Assembly (NCBI RefSeq): GCF_001194135.2
Contig: NC_068982.1
Span: 56,948,339-57,012,338 of the forward strand
DNA length: 64,000 nucleotides
Origin: Octopus bimaculoides
Taxonomy: Eukaryota
Direction: 5' to 3'
Shown here piece by piece: positions 52,106 through 64,000 of the stretch. Made by a program: the position numbers and the translations under genes. How positions within the stretch are numbered: the first letter of the stretch is position 1; each line of letters opens with the position of its first letter. Under the pieces are notes generated by a model. It saw nothing but the letters and a program-made list of their open reading frames with translations. It did no database searches and was not told the origin of the DNA.

Positions 52106-54250
52106 CGCATGCACACAGACACACATACACACACACATATATACATAGGTACATCCACATACTATATGAATACTGCACTACATTCTATGCAGCATATTTG
52201 CTATATTTCACACATGAAAAGACAGCCATTCAACATCTCATTTTGCCTGAGCAAGTCCATGTTGTTATATTATAATCATTGTATCATTCTTGTGTTGCTC
52301 CCTCACATAAACTCAACACTGAATGGTCAAGCTATTGAAGGACTTTTGTGTAGTATCATGACCAACTAGAAATAGCAGCCAAGTTTCCCGCTCATTAAGA
52401 AGGACACATTGGCTGATATTGTTCTTGATATATTATATCTAAAAACAAAAGATGTGATGATCATGGTTGGATTATCTTAAATTGATTTTGGGTCTGATCC
52501 TTGGCTTAACAACAAGTCAACACGTGCCAATCATTTCAGAAGTGGTCACCACAATTACCAGAGAACACTCACTCTCCACTACATGCCCACATTCTATTTT
52601 TAATTAAAATTTTGTGAGTTGTCTCCCATGCTTTTCTTTACCAGAGTCAATCATTTACTCAATGAGTTTTAACAGGTGCAATATTAATTAATTGAAATTT
52701 CTTTGCTCACTACATGAAGTATGATGGCTCCTGATGACTTCAACTTTATGGTAGTTGATGTGACACACTACACTGTTAATCTTAAAGAAATGATTAATGA
52801 CCTTCATAGCTTGGAGTTATCTGAGAAGAGTTTAGAAGGGCAGCTCAACAACAACAACAATAGCAAAAACATCATGCACTTCAAATCACAAATTACTGAT
52901 CCATTAAATACATTTATGAAATTATTAATTTATTAAATTTATTTTTGTCATTCTCAATATTGATGGATCAGCAATGGATTATTTCTATATGAACTTCGTA
53001 GGCTTAAGATTAACTTATCTTCTCCATTTAATCTTAGTGGTGTGTAATCTTAGTTTATGTGTGTGTGTGTGTGTGTGTGAGAGTAAAATGTGTAAGTATA
53101 ATATATCTGTCCAGATGTAGACATATAGAATGTATATGTGTATGTGCAAACAAAAATGTGTGTGTATCTATACATACATACATTTGAATATTCACAGATA
53201 AGACAATGTATGTATGTATGTATCTATCTATCTATATGTATGTATGTATGTATATATGTCATTAAATGTGTATTTATGTGTGTATCTTTGTGTGTGCGTA
53301 TATGCGTAATTTTGTCTTCAATATTTACATTTCTCCTCTATAGCCAATGTTTTTCATGTGTATCCCAAGTGTGGCTTGGTTTGTTTGCACACCTGCAATA
53401 CAGCTCTTAACACTACCAAAATGTTAACCGTCTCTTCATTAACCGAATACCAAGCAGGCGAAGATTCTTACCTCTTCTACCCCTTCTCTCTAGTACCAAC
53501 TCTTTCACAACATTCTGATAACTCCCCCCTCTCTCCCTCTCTCTATCTGCTTCTCTTTCTCCCTTCCTCTCTTCTCCTTTGCCCTACACGCATAACTCCC
53601 TTCAAGCATTTACTTGCAAAGTTCTTTCTCTCTGTCTGTTCTTGCCCTCCTCTTCTACTTCTTCCCGTCCCATCTCTTCTAGCGCCAAACACAGCTGTGG
53701 TTGTTATTAGAGCGGGTCCTTCTGAGAGACAAGTAGCTGCGAAAATACAAGCTAATTTTTTTCCCACCACTCCAAACCGTCATAGTCAAAAGCTTGTTCT
53801 AGTCAAACACGAAATGACTCCAGGAGAGGCTGTACCAAGCACAGACTTATATCTAGTTTATGTCTTAAAAGGTCTTAGATATCATGCCCTTATGAGCCGG
53901 GGTGGTAGCGGTTAGCAGTAACTCTATAAAAGCAACAAAACAAAATATAGTTTAAAGTATTATGTTGAAAGAATATCAAGCCAAACACGCTAATCTTTTC
54001 AGGTCAGTTTTGTAAGTTTATGGGTTACGTCTATAGCGTATATATATATATATGTGTGTGTGTGTATGTGTGTTATCCCACTCATCCATGTGACCTAATT
54101 TAGCTTTATATTTTACGCCTCTTACCAAATAGATATCTAAACGTGTGTATGTGTGTGTGACTAAATATACAGACCGATACACACATACTGGCATAAACAT
54201 GCATGCATTCGTGTGTGTATGCGCGCACAATCACACACACACATATGTGC

Positions 54251-54289
<39 letters not shown>

Positions 54290-54635
54290 TGTATTTTGTT
54301 TGTACAATTATATATTTACATGAAGGCGTAATAATTATCAGGTTATTTATCCGTTGGTTTTGTCTTAATCTTAAGGAAGCCAGACTCTGCTGTAAAGTGA
54401 ATGAAAAGTATGAATAGCAGATGAATCCCAAGAAATGCTGCAGCAGTGAACTGTACAAAGGTTTTCCTTGCTCAAAAGATCTGCAATAGAGCGCCTACAT
54501 GGTCACTGCTTGAAATGGCAGCCAAGTGTTCCTCGATACTTTAGTCTTCTATTCTTCATTTCCAAGTATCTCAATTCCCCCTTTTTTTCTTTGTTCTGCT
54601 TGTGTCATAGTTGCATGATTGCTTGAAACTTGTAC

Positions 54636-54807
54636 CTGCATGAATTGCACATGAAACAAAGAGGCGAACGTTGTTGAAATTGGCTGATATTTCGTATTTG
54701 TCGTTTGTCCTCTTCACTCTTGCGCTGTCCTTGTTTAAATACGCTACCATCTTGTAAATATGGAAAGTCACATTAAATAAGTTAGCCTTGGATGCTACTG
54801 TATATGC
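54636..54807 (-). other. Candidate internal exon (172 nt) of an unidentified gene
   Basis: Acceptor CAACTTCCTTGCAG|G, donor CAG|GTACAA, one open frame AYTVASKANLFNVTFHIYKMVAYLNKDSARVKRTNDKYEISANFNNVRLFVSCAIHA; no family recognised. Confidence 0.3.
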
Positions 54808-55142
54808 CTGCAAGGAAGTTGTGATGGTTACACTTGAAATGACTTTGACCATAATTCTGCTCGAACAGAATCTATTTTTTGTTAAAGAGCAGCAAAAACG
54901 ACAACTTGCAGTTTTTGTTTCTCACATGTTCTTCAAGAAACAGCACAAATCCAGAGACTCAGTACCCACAATCCTGATATTATCTGGAGTTGCACCTGCT
55001 CGGCCATTGCATAATTTTACTTACTCACAGTAGCATCGTCTTCGGATTGGTTTCTCCCAACTCGTTCTGTCTCTCTCTCTCACTCTACGAAGATCCAATC
55101 TAATATTTCTTTCCACATCGTAATTCTCATCGTTTCCATGTT

Positions 55143-55494
<352 letters not shown>

Positions 55495-56084
55495 TATATG
55501 AGAAGTTGCTTGTTTGGCTCGTTATGGCGGTACTGTTTGTTGAGATAGTGATTTAGACGTGTCAGCATCCAGAGGTTAGATTAGCTGGATAATTGCTCCT
55601 TGAATAAGCGTGATTCCCAGGTAGCAATCAGCGAAACGTGAACTACATATAACAATGCTGAAACTTTGATTCGCAGATACGGTAATCTAGCAAACACTTT
55701 AAAGTTTTGTCAAGCGAAATTCACCCAAGAAGGCTTCGCATGGCCGGAAGCTATGATAAATGCATTTGCCAAAAATTCTATGCGTCGGGATCAAATCTAA
55801 GACTTCATTAGTACGAAACGAACTTTTAGCCATGCATGCATGCCTACGTCCATTGCTGAGACAGTAAAATGTTAACTGTGGTTGTGCCTAACTTTGTGGT
55901 GCCGACATCCTTCACAGCTGCGGAGGCAGTAGCTTTGTGGTGGTGATGGTGTCCACTGGTAAAGAATGCGATCCTTCCGTTGCCATCCGGAGTAATGGAA
56001 AAGGTGCTGGTATTTCAGTTACTGTTGCTTAACCCCAGATTAACGCTTATTCAGAAGGCTTATAATGGTTCCGAAAAAGAGAAG

Positions 56085-56934
56085 GGGTTATTCGATTACA
56101 TCGATCCCAATGCTTGTTTTGCACTTTATTTTATCGATTTCGAAAGAATGAAAAGCATAGTTGACCGCGGTGGCATTTGAACTCTGAAAGTGGAGCGACA
56201 GAAGAAATACTGCTGATTATTTAATCCGACGCGCTAACTATTCTGCCAGTTAACCCCCTTATAATCAAAGGTAGTCTAGTCATGACCATCCTATCATATT
56301 GCAGGGTACAGTGCTGTATCTACTATAACATCATCTAATACGTCACTTTAGGGAGATGTTGCTGCTATATCTAGCAGGTCGAACGACCGCATAGAGATTT
56401 CCTTGTTGGCAGCGTTGTTTAACCTCAGACCAGTTGTTGTCGAGTCGAACATTATTAAAGATGGGCCAACAACGACCATACTGTCTTTTTCATGTGCAGG
56501 TAACTCAGTATTATCTAAGTATCATTAGATTGATGGATGTGATTTGAGGCGATATCAAGAGGCCACATACAGGTGCTTTTGTTGCCGTCGCTGTTCAATG
56601 TTATAATGTCATTGTTCACGTTATAATGAACACGGTGGGAGAGGTGGTTGGGTGCTTGTATTGATGGTGGTAGTGATGGGAATGACGTGGGTGATGGCGG
56701 TGCGGATGATTTTGATATCGGTTTCAAATGTTGGCACAAAGCCAGGAAGTTCGGGGAATGGAATAAATAGATTACATTGACCCCAGTGCTCAAATGGTAC
56801 TTTGTTTAATCGACCCCAAAAGGATAAAAGACAAAGTCGAGCCCGACAGAATTTGAACTCAGAATGAAAAGACAGAAGAAATGCTGGTAAGCAGTTTGCT
56901 CGGAATGCTAATGATTCTACCAACTCGCCGCCTT
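56085..56934 (-). mobile_element. Two family B SINE copies (56085-56258 and 56720-56934) with a family F piece between them
   Basis: Reverse-complement family B motifs. Confidence 0.8.
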
Positions 56935-59304
56935 AGTGGGTGATTTTGATATTCGCGCTCAAGTCAATGCTGGTAACATTTATGGAGTTTGTGAAAAAAA
57001 AAAAAAAATAATAATAATAATAAATAATGTGATTTAGGATATTTTTTTTGACTTCTTTCCATTTTGCCGCGTCTTGTATTCCTTTTGTTCTGATTACTTT
57101 ATTTTATCCGCTTCTATTTTACTTCTCAGTCATAGCTTCTTCCATCTTTTATCTGCTGTTGTTAATTTTTGCTGTTGTAGTATTTTGACAAGAGGTCTGC
57201 TATTAGTGTCAAGGCTAATCACTGATCATAATGGCGGCGAGTATGTCTTTGTCACGCTTTTCAAATGGGAACATTACAAACGGCGAGCGTAAGGGTGGAG
57301 TCAACAAAGTAGAGCAACAAAAATAAAACAACAAAACATCAGCAATGACTGTTGTCTTGTTTGTTTGTCTTAACAACGGTTCAATAGTACCAGACAGCAG
57401 CACTATTGAAACAAGACAATGACTGGATGAGCTGATAACGGAGTATCTATGTGGTCAATCAGGGTGCTAGAAATGCCAGCCAAATTTATCTATCTCTAAT
57501 CATATCTGAGAAAAGATCACGTTGGCTAATACAGTTTTGTATTTTCAAGACTGACCAGGTGGTATACAACAAGAACAATTCCTGAAACTAAACTCTCCAG
57601 CCATGTACTATACAGCCTTTTTTTATAAGGATCTGTTCGTGGTTACATAGTGTGTAATTTGTTTGTTCACTCATTCTTTTAATACGCTTTCTGCAAAGCG
57701 CCTAGGTAGTTATAAAGTTGTTACAGATTTGATAGTAAAAGGCACAGAAATGATAGCAAAGAAGCGTCCCATCTTGCTTGGAGAACATGTGACTGCACAC
57801 TCTTCCGAGGTACTGTTCCATTCTCATCTAAGATGCAACTTGTCTAGCAAGCTTCGCGCTAGATCATAAAGACATATCAAACAACTATGCCGAAGTCCTG
57901 GAATGAGGTTGGACAATGAATATTGTACAGGAACTGTTTGAGAAGTAAATAAGCTATTGGAATTGCTCATCCAAAAAGTTAGTCTGTAGTTTCAAATACC
58001 AAACCAGGCAGTAAATGAATAACATATTCACATATTGTTTCACTGTTATATACTTATATGATTCGGGACAATAAGGAGTTTTTGCTGCATTGCTGACTTT
58101 GAGAACAAATGTTTTTTACAAATGTTCACAACCTTACAAAAACTATTTCAGCTAAGCAAATAGCCTTCCCTACATGCACTAGAAACATAGCAATCTGAAC
58201 ATTATTTCAAAAAATTGTCACCGTTCTCTTTGAGCGTATAAAAGACAAATTTAGCTGGGGGAAAACGAGTAAGCCAAGATAAGGTCAATTTTCCTCTTCA
58301 ATTCTCCAGAATTACATTTGGAGACACACATACACATTAATATCCACCCTTAGACATCAGAAAGATGTGAAAGGCAACACAAATTTTAATATCTAGGTCA
58401 AAAGAGGATCATGGAAAAATGGCACATAGCATGAAATTAACGAAACTCGACTAAAACAAAAAATCAGCATAAAATATTCTCTATAGCTTATTCTCGATCT
58501 GCTGAAGTGGATCTCAATATATTTACGCACCAAGCAGTAAAAGAGAAGAAATTATTGAAATTAGTCATTACTTACTTTACCCCATCTTAGACAACAAAAA
58601 TTGGATAACACCAAATATTATTCACACTAAAATTTACCTCGATATTTTCTTAGCAACCTCAATCGGGTCAAAGCTGAGAAAAAAGAAAGTACCTGTCACC
58701 TAACTACGTTCCAACTCTCAACTTCAACAAGAACTATTCTGACCAATTTTTACTCCCAAAAATGATGCAACAGTAAAAAGACGATGATGCAGTACTTGCA
58801 ATGTGATTATTTCAAATAGGTAGGGAGAAAGTATCGAGAAATCGGAAATTTCTCATTCTACTCCGATTACTAATTTTGATCCCCCCGCCCATATTGCTAT
58901 GAAATCATTTGCTTAAACTACTCAACCATGAAAGGTAAAGAATCATATTTTCAGAAAGTAAGCGGTTTTGAGTATCACAAAAGATAGACAATTTCTTGTT
59001 TCGTTACCTCATTTATTAAATTTGTTTATATTTCTAAAATATTCAAGTTTTTGCTCTATAAATTGGACAATTAACTTGTATAATGTCTGAATAGATTTCA
59101 AAATTTTATTTTTACAAATTAAGAGTCAAGTTCATAGAGCATGATACCGGAATATTTTAGAAGTCAAAGCGAATTTAATTGTGGAACAATGGAATAATAA
59201 ATTATTTTCCCTCTTTCATGAAACAACATACTAACATTTCAAAAGGTTTTGAATGTGGAGGTATAATGGCAAATTCCTTTGGTCACAAGGAAAAAGTAAT
59301 TATT

Positions 59305-59526
59305 GTCTCAAAGTTCAGCACAAGCCCAACAATTTTTAGGAGGAGGAAGTTAATCGATTATATCAATCATAGTGCTCAAATGGTACTTATTCTATCGACC
59401 ATGAAAGAATCACCGATAAAGTCGACTTCAGTGGGATTCTAATGCAGAACGTAAAACGCCGAAAGAGGTGTTGTTAAGCATTTTTCTTTGCTGACGCAGT
59501 AACGATTCTACAAGCTCGCTGCCTTA
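59305..59526 (-). mobile_element. SINE family B copy
   Basis: GGTACTTATTCTATCGAC..AAGTCGACTT..AACGATTCTACAAGCTCGCTGCC. Confidence 0.8.
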
Positions 59527-59658
59527 GAAAGAAGAATGATGTATCAATGAAATACAACATATATACAAATATACAAATTACGAAGATGCGAGTTCAATTT
59601 GAGGGGTCTCATTTTTTTTACTTTGAAATTTGAAACATTCTTTTTGATCGTTTGCACT

Positions 59659-59902
59659 TTATTACCTCCGTCTTAGCGAAGGCAGGGGTATTATTTTCAG
59701 TCGTGTTTGTTTGTTTGTCCGTGGACAAGATATCTCAAGAACCGCTGAATGGATTTGGATGGAACTTTCATGGATTTTTAGCCTCGTGACTGGCACGAAC
59801 TAATTAGATTTTGGGATCGATCCAGTACTGGACAAGGGTTCTGGATTATTTTTCCGTTTTTTTTTACTTTATTTTTGAGAGCTGTCGGGTTCATTTTTTT
59901 AT

Positions 59903-59925
<23 letters not shown>
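59659..59925 (+). mobile_element. Helentron-associated / DINE-1-like non-autonomous element (5' part)
   Basis: Begins TTATTACCTCCGTC-ttagcgaa-GGCAGGGGTA (terminal stem-loop), then (GTTT)nGTCC and a GATATCTCAAGAAC..GATTTGGATGGAACTTT core, the usual layout of this class. Confidence 0.6.
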
Positions 59926-59936
<11 letters not shown>

Positions 59937-59938
59937 GG

Positions 59939-60005
<67 letters not shown>

Positions 60006-60399
60006 TGGATGTACAAACGAGAGAAAAATATGCTCAATGTTGTAGTGTTTATTGAATTTTGTGAATTTGAGATTTCACTTAATCGCTAATCTGAGTTTCA
60101 TGTTGCAATCACGTTCGACACAACGCTGCTAAATATTCTCAAAAAGGCAAAATAAAGAAAATTTTAAAAAAAGGAAGAAAACAGAAATGAAAAAAGAAAA
60201 CTTCCAATGTGCACCTGTTTCAAAAAACTTATTGGAAGAAACGGAAACGAAAGGAAAGAAGAGAGAAAAGAATAAATATTAGATAAGAGTTGGAATAAAC
60301 ACTCGTTTGACTCATGTTATTCGTTTGGTAAACATTTAGTGCCAGCCTTAATTATATGGCAAACACTTGTAGTTTGGTAATATTATTGTCAGCACAAAT

Positions 60400-60905
60400 G
60401 CAGCGAGCTAACAGAATCGTTAGCATGCCGAGCAAAATGCTTAGCAGCATTTCGACCGTCTTTACGTTCTGAGGTCAAATTCCGCCGAGGTCGACTTTGT
60501 GTTTCATCCTCTAAGAGTCGCTAAAATAAGTAGCAGTTCGGCTCTGAGGTTGATATAAACGACTTATCCCTTCCCGCAAAATTATTGGCCTTCTGCCAAA
60601 ATTTGAAATTAATATTAGATCAGGAATTAAGACGGCGAGTTGGTAGAATCATTACTGTCCCAGGTGAAATGCTGAGTGGTATTTCTTCCGACACTTTACG
60701 TTCTGAGTTCTAATTCTGCCAAGGTCCACTTTGCCTTTTATCCTTTCGGGGTCGATAAAATAAGTACCAGTGAAATACTGGGTCAATGTAATGGACTTAC
60801 CTCTCCTCCAGCCTTGTGTCAAAATTTGAAATCAATATTACTGTCAGCGTGTAAGGCGGTGAGCTGGAGGAATCGTTAGCATGCCGGACAAAATGCTTAG
60901 GGGCA
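60400..60905 (+). mobile_element. Three family B SINEs in head-to-tail tandem
   Basis: Heads at about 60402, 60632 and 60855; the first two end ..AAATTTGAAAT.AATATTA; the third is truncated. Confidence 0.85.
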
Positions 60906-60949
60906 TATCCTATGCATTAACATCATAGGCTTTATTATCGTCTCATCCA

Positions 60950-61300
60950 TTTAACTGTTAATTAATATCTTGATTTGGGGTCTTCCCCCTACCCAGCCTC
61001 CTTTATAGACAGTTACTTTATTCTAATCCTAGAAAACTTGACAATATTTATGACCATACCCAGCTATGTGCTGTCAACTCACTCCTGCCCTCCATTCTAA
61101 ATAGACACAGTCCTCTAGTCTTAGATTTGGTAGTTGATAAAAAGACTAATAAATTAAAAATGAACCACAATCCTTTACAAGCTATAATAACAACAAACTT
61201 CATACATTTCTTAGAAGTTTAGTATATTCTTAGCTACATTAGTGGCAACATGGAATCTTTCCCTCTTCTTGCTCTATTAGAGCATTTGAGTAAAATTATA
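60950..61300 (-). mobile_element. Possible very old RTE LINE 3' fragment
   Basis: SW-YGH and RRLGRGRPQIK recall the RTE motifs LRWYGH and G.R.RGRP. Confidence 0.35.
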
Positions 61301-62164
61301 TTGTGTCCAACTGATTAAAAATTCTATTTATTTATTTATGCAGCTGAGGAGAGCCCAGCATTTAAATTGATGTAATGATTGCATTCTTCAATTAAATGGA
61401 GCCGCTTGAAACGGTCGTACTGCATCACCTCTTGATATCCTGTTGCTTATTTTGACTTTACTAACCTTTCAGTTGTAGAGATAAATAGAGTATGGCCAAA
61501 TGGTTAAGAAGTTCGCACCAAAACTACTAGGACCAGGTTCCTTCCCTCCTCAGTGGCCTCTTAAAGAAGTATCACTTTCTATATCTTCAGGTTGATCCAA
61601 ACCTTGTGAGTGAAACTGGGTGGACAAAATCTGTACAAAAACCGGTCGGGTGGATTGTAAAGCTTAAGGTTGGATTATCAATTAAGCTCAAGCGTTGATG
61701 GATCAAAATTCAGTTACTGTAGAGCGGTGTTGAGGTAAGTAGTCATCCACGGGAAATTAATACCCGGAACTAAATTATATTGGCCTGATATTATGTGCAT
61801 GTATATTAAAAACAGTTAATGTGTTGAATCGTAGTAAAAATCGTTAGTTAAAAAAATGGGGGCAGGTGATTGTTAAAAGAGTTTGAGGAGAAATGCTATA
61901 GATAGATTATATGTGGCAGTCTGGATATGTTGTCATCTTCCACTGTTCGCTTTATTGTTGTATGCATGTTGTTGATAATGTGTTTTCTACGCCATGTTCG
62001 GCCATGTTCGGCTGAACAACTAGGTGCAATTAACACGTCTATAGTACCAGCTGTTTCATATCACTGTCTATTTAAGAACGACCATCTGCTTATTAACTGG
62101 AGTATAATACCTCACTAGCACACACACACACACACACACTCACACACACACACACACACACACT

Positions 62165-62195
<31 letters not shown>

Positions 62196-62331
62196 ACACA
62201 CGTGTGTATGTGAATTAATGACTGACAGAATAGCATGAGTTACATGATCACTTCCATTAGGTTATAGCTGTTTCTGCTATAAGAAGCAGAGCACTCACAT
62301 GTCTGTATGTGGGTGCGTGCGTACGTGAGTA

Positions 62332-62405
<74 letters not shown>

Positions 62406-63307
62406 TGTGTATTTATATATAAATAACATACGCTGAATTACACTAGTCTATGCATATATATATTTTTTTTATATTGCTTAGTCAAGGAGGAAAGGGCATC
62501 TCATATATTCTTTAATTCTCTCGGCTCCACCGGGATGAGTTGAAAGGAAATTATCCTCACAGCAAAGACCCAGGCAAAATGCATGCAAGAGAAGCTGAAC
62601 TCTACAAGATGCCCAAAAGAAAACATGAGGATGTTAAAATGGGAGCCGAAACAAGAGTATCAACCAAGATAGGGCTTGGACATAAATATTCTGTATAAAT
62701 TGGAATTCTTCCCTGCTCCTGCCATAATTAAAAATTATGCAATACGCTATTACTCTCAAACAATCATGAATTCGATATTCACGGCAATGTCGATGCTATG
62801 TCTTGTAACGCAAGCACTTGGATGTGAAGATGAGTTTTGTAGCATGAAGGTTATCATTGATGTCATCATTGTAATTATTTATCATCCATTGACTCGCCTT
62901 TTGTTCGTTCCTATTATTCTTTTATTTATCTTTCGTTCCTTCGTTCTTTTTATCGCTGATTCTCCTTTAGTTCGTTCTTTCTTTCGGTCCATCGTTCTTT
63001 ATTATATTTCGTTTTTGCATTTGGCTTGCAAGATTCTTTATGTGTGTTGAAGCATACTTCGTTGTGTCTGGGGGAGAATCATTCTGTTCTAATGCCGTAT
63101 TAATTAACAAACTCACCGGTTCAATTCATTCATTTATTTTTCTTTCCTAAAAATTTAGTTGCTTCTTGCAACCTCTTCAATAGATCTTGACTTTATTATG
63201 TTCCTCCGTTTATTCGTTCAATCGTACTTCTTTCATTCTACATTTCGCTATTTCGTTTTACTACGTCATCGTCGTAATCGTCATCATCATCATGTTGCTG
63301 TTATTAA

Positions 63308-63700
63308 GGCGGCGAGCCGGCAGAATTGTTGAATGCCGGGCAAAATGCTTAGCGGTATTTCGTCCGTCTTTAAGTTCTGACTTCAAGTTCCGCCGAGGTC
63401 GACTCTGCTTTTTATCCTTTCAGGGTCGATAAATTAAGTACCAGTGAAACACTGGGGATCTATGTAGTCGACTAGTCCCCTCCCCACAAAATTTCAGGCT
63501 TTGTGCCATTAGTAGAATGGATTATTATTATTATTATTATTTGAACTCAGATTTTTATAATCTTTACGCTCTGAGTTGAAATTCCGTCGAAGTCGACATT
63601 GTCTTTCATCTTTTCGGGATCGTTGAAATAAATACCAGTTGAATCCTGAGCCAATGTAATCGACTATACTCCGCCCCAAAATTATAGGCCTATAGTATAA
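63308..63700 (+). mobile_element. Family B SINE with (ATT)n tail (63308-63540) plus a second partial copy (63558-63700)
   Basis: Family B motifs. Confidence 0.85.
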
Positions 63701-64000
63701 AGAATCCTCCTCCTCCCCATGCTGCTGCTGCTGTTGTTGTTGCTACTAATTGTATTTCATCTCTTCTTATGGCGGAGACGACGGTAGTAGTTATGGTGGT
63801 TGAGGCAGCGGGGAGGGTTTAGTGTTCTAATGCAGGTTTGTTTGTTGATTTTGTCGATGGGTGTTGTGTTGCATCGCTGAAACATTAACCCCCGGCTCCT
63901 GCCTTTCACCCGATTCTGCAACAATTTAATTAGCTCTGTATACATATACATTATACATGCATACATATGTAAGAGAGTATGTATATATATATATATATAT

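Noticed and set aside
57231-57329. ATGGCGGCG start of a 32-codon ORF (MAASMSLSRF...)
   Set aside because: Short, no homology, weak donor and no downstream exon.
57950-58750. Possible Penelope RT relic (NSLPY, THIH..IHP)
   Set aside because: Motifs too degenerate and in inconsistent frames.
62520-62670. Open frame with LYKMPKRKHED, reminiscent of Penelope LYGLPKIHK
   Set aside because: The following RPIVS motif is absent; no splice signals.

Overview
Eukaryotic, AT-rich (non-prokaryotic), repeat-saturated DNA from a short-read scaffold with 8 N-gaps, most next to microsatellites. The SINE and MITE families and the microsatellite load resemble octopus (coleoid cephalopod) genomes; this is pattern recognition, not a database result. 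I found no intact, recognisable host protein-coding gene, rRNA, true tRNA or CRISPR array. Most listed ORFs are artefacts of microsatellites or N-runs. The supportable content is: (i) at least four tRNA-derived SINE families in many copies; (ii) decayed autonomous elements: Penelope-like GIY-YIG, RTE/Expander with a 5' inversion, CR1/Jockey-like, R4/Dong-like, Gypsy integrase, hAT, Merlin, a mariner MITE and a Helentron-type element; (iii) two minimal hammerhead ribozyme motifs, one downstream of a tRNA-like Pol III promoter, plus two degenerate ones in a fold-back; (iv) several long inverted repeats; (v) a sharply bounded CpG-depleted domain (about 47.0-53.4 kb) that looks like the methylation footprint of an unannotated gene body. 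Repeat boundaries were placed by eye and are approximate (about 10-30 bp) unless a target-site duplication (TSD) is given. SINE family letters A-F are my own labels.
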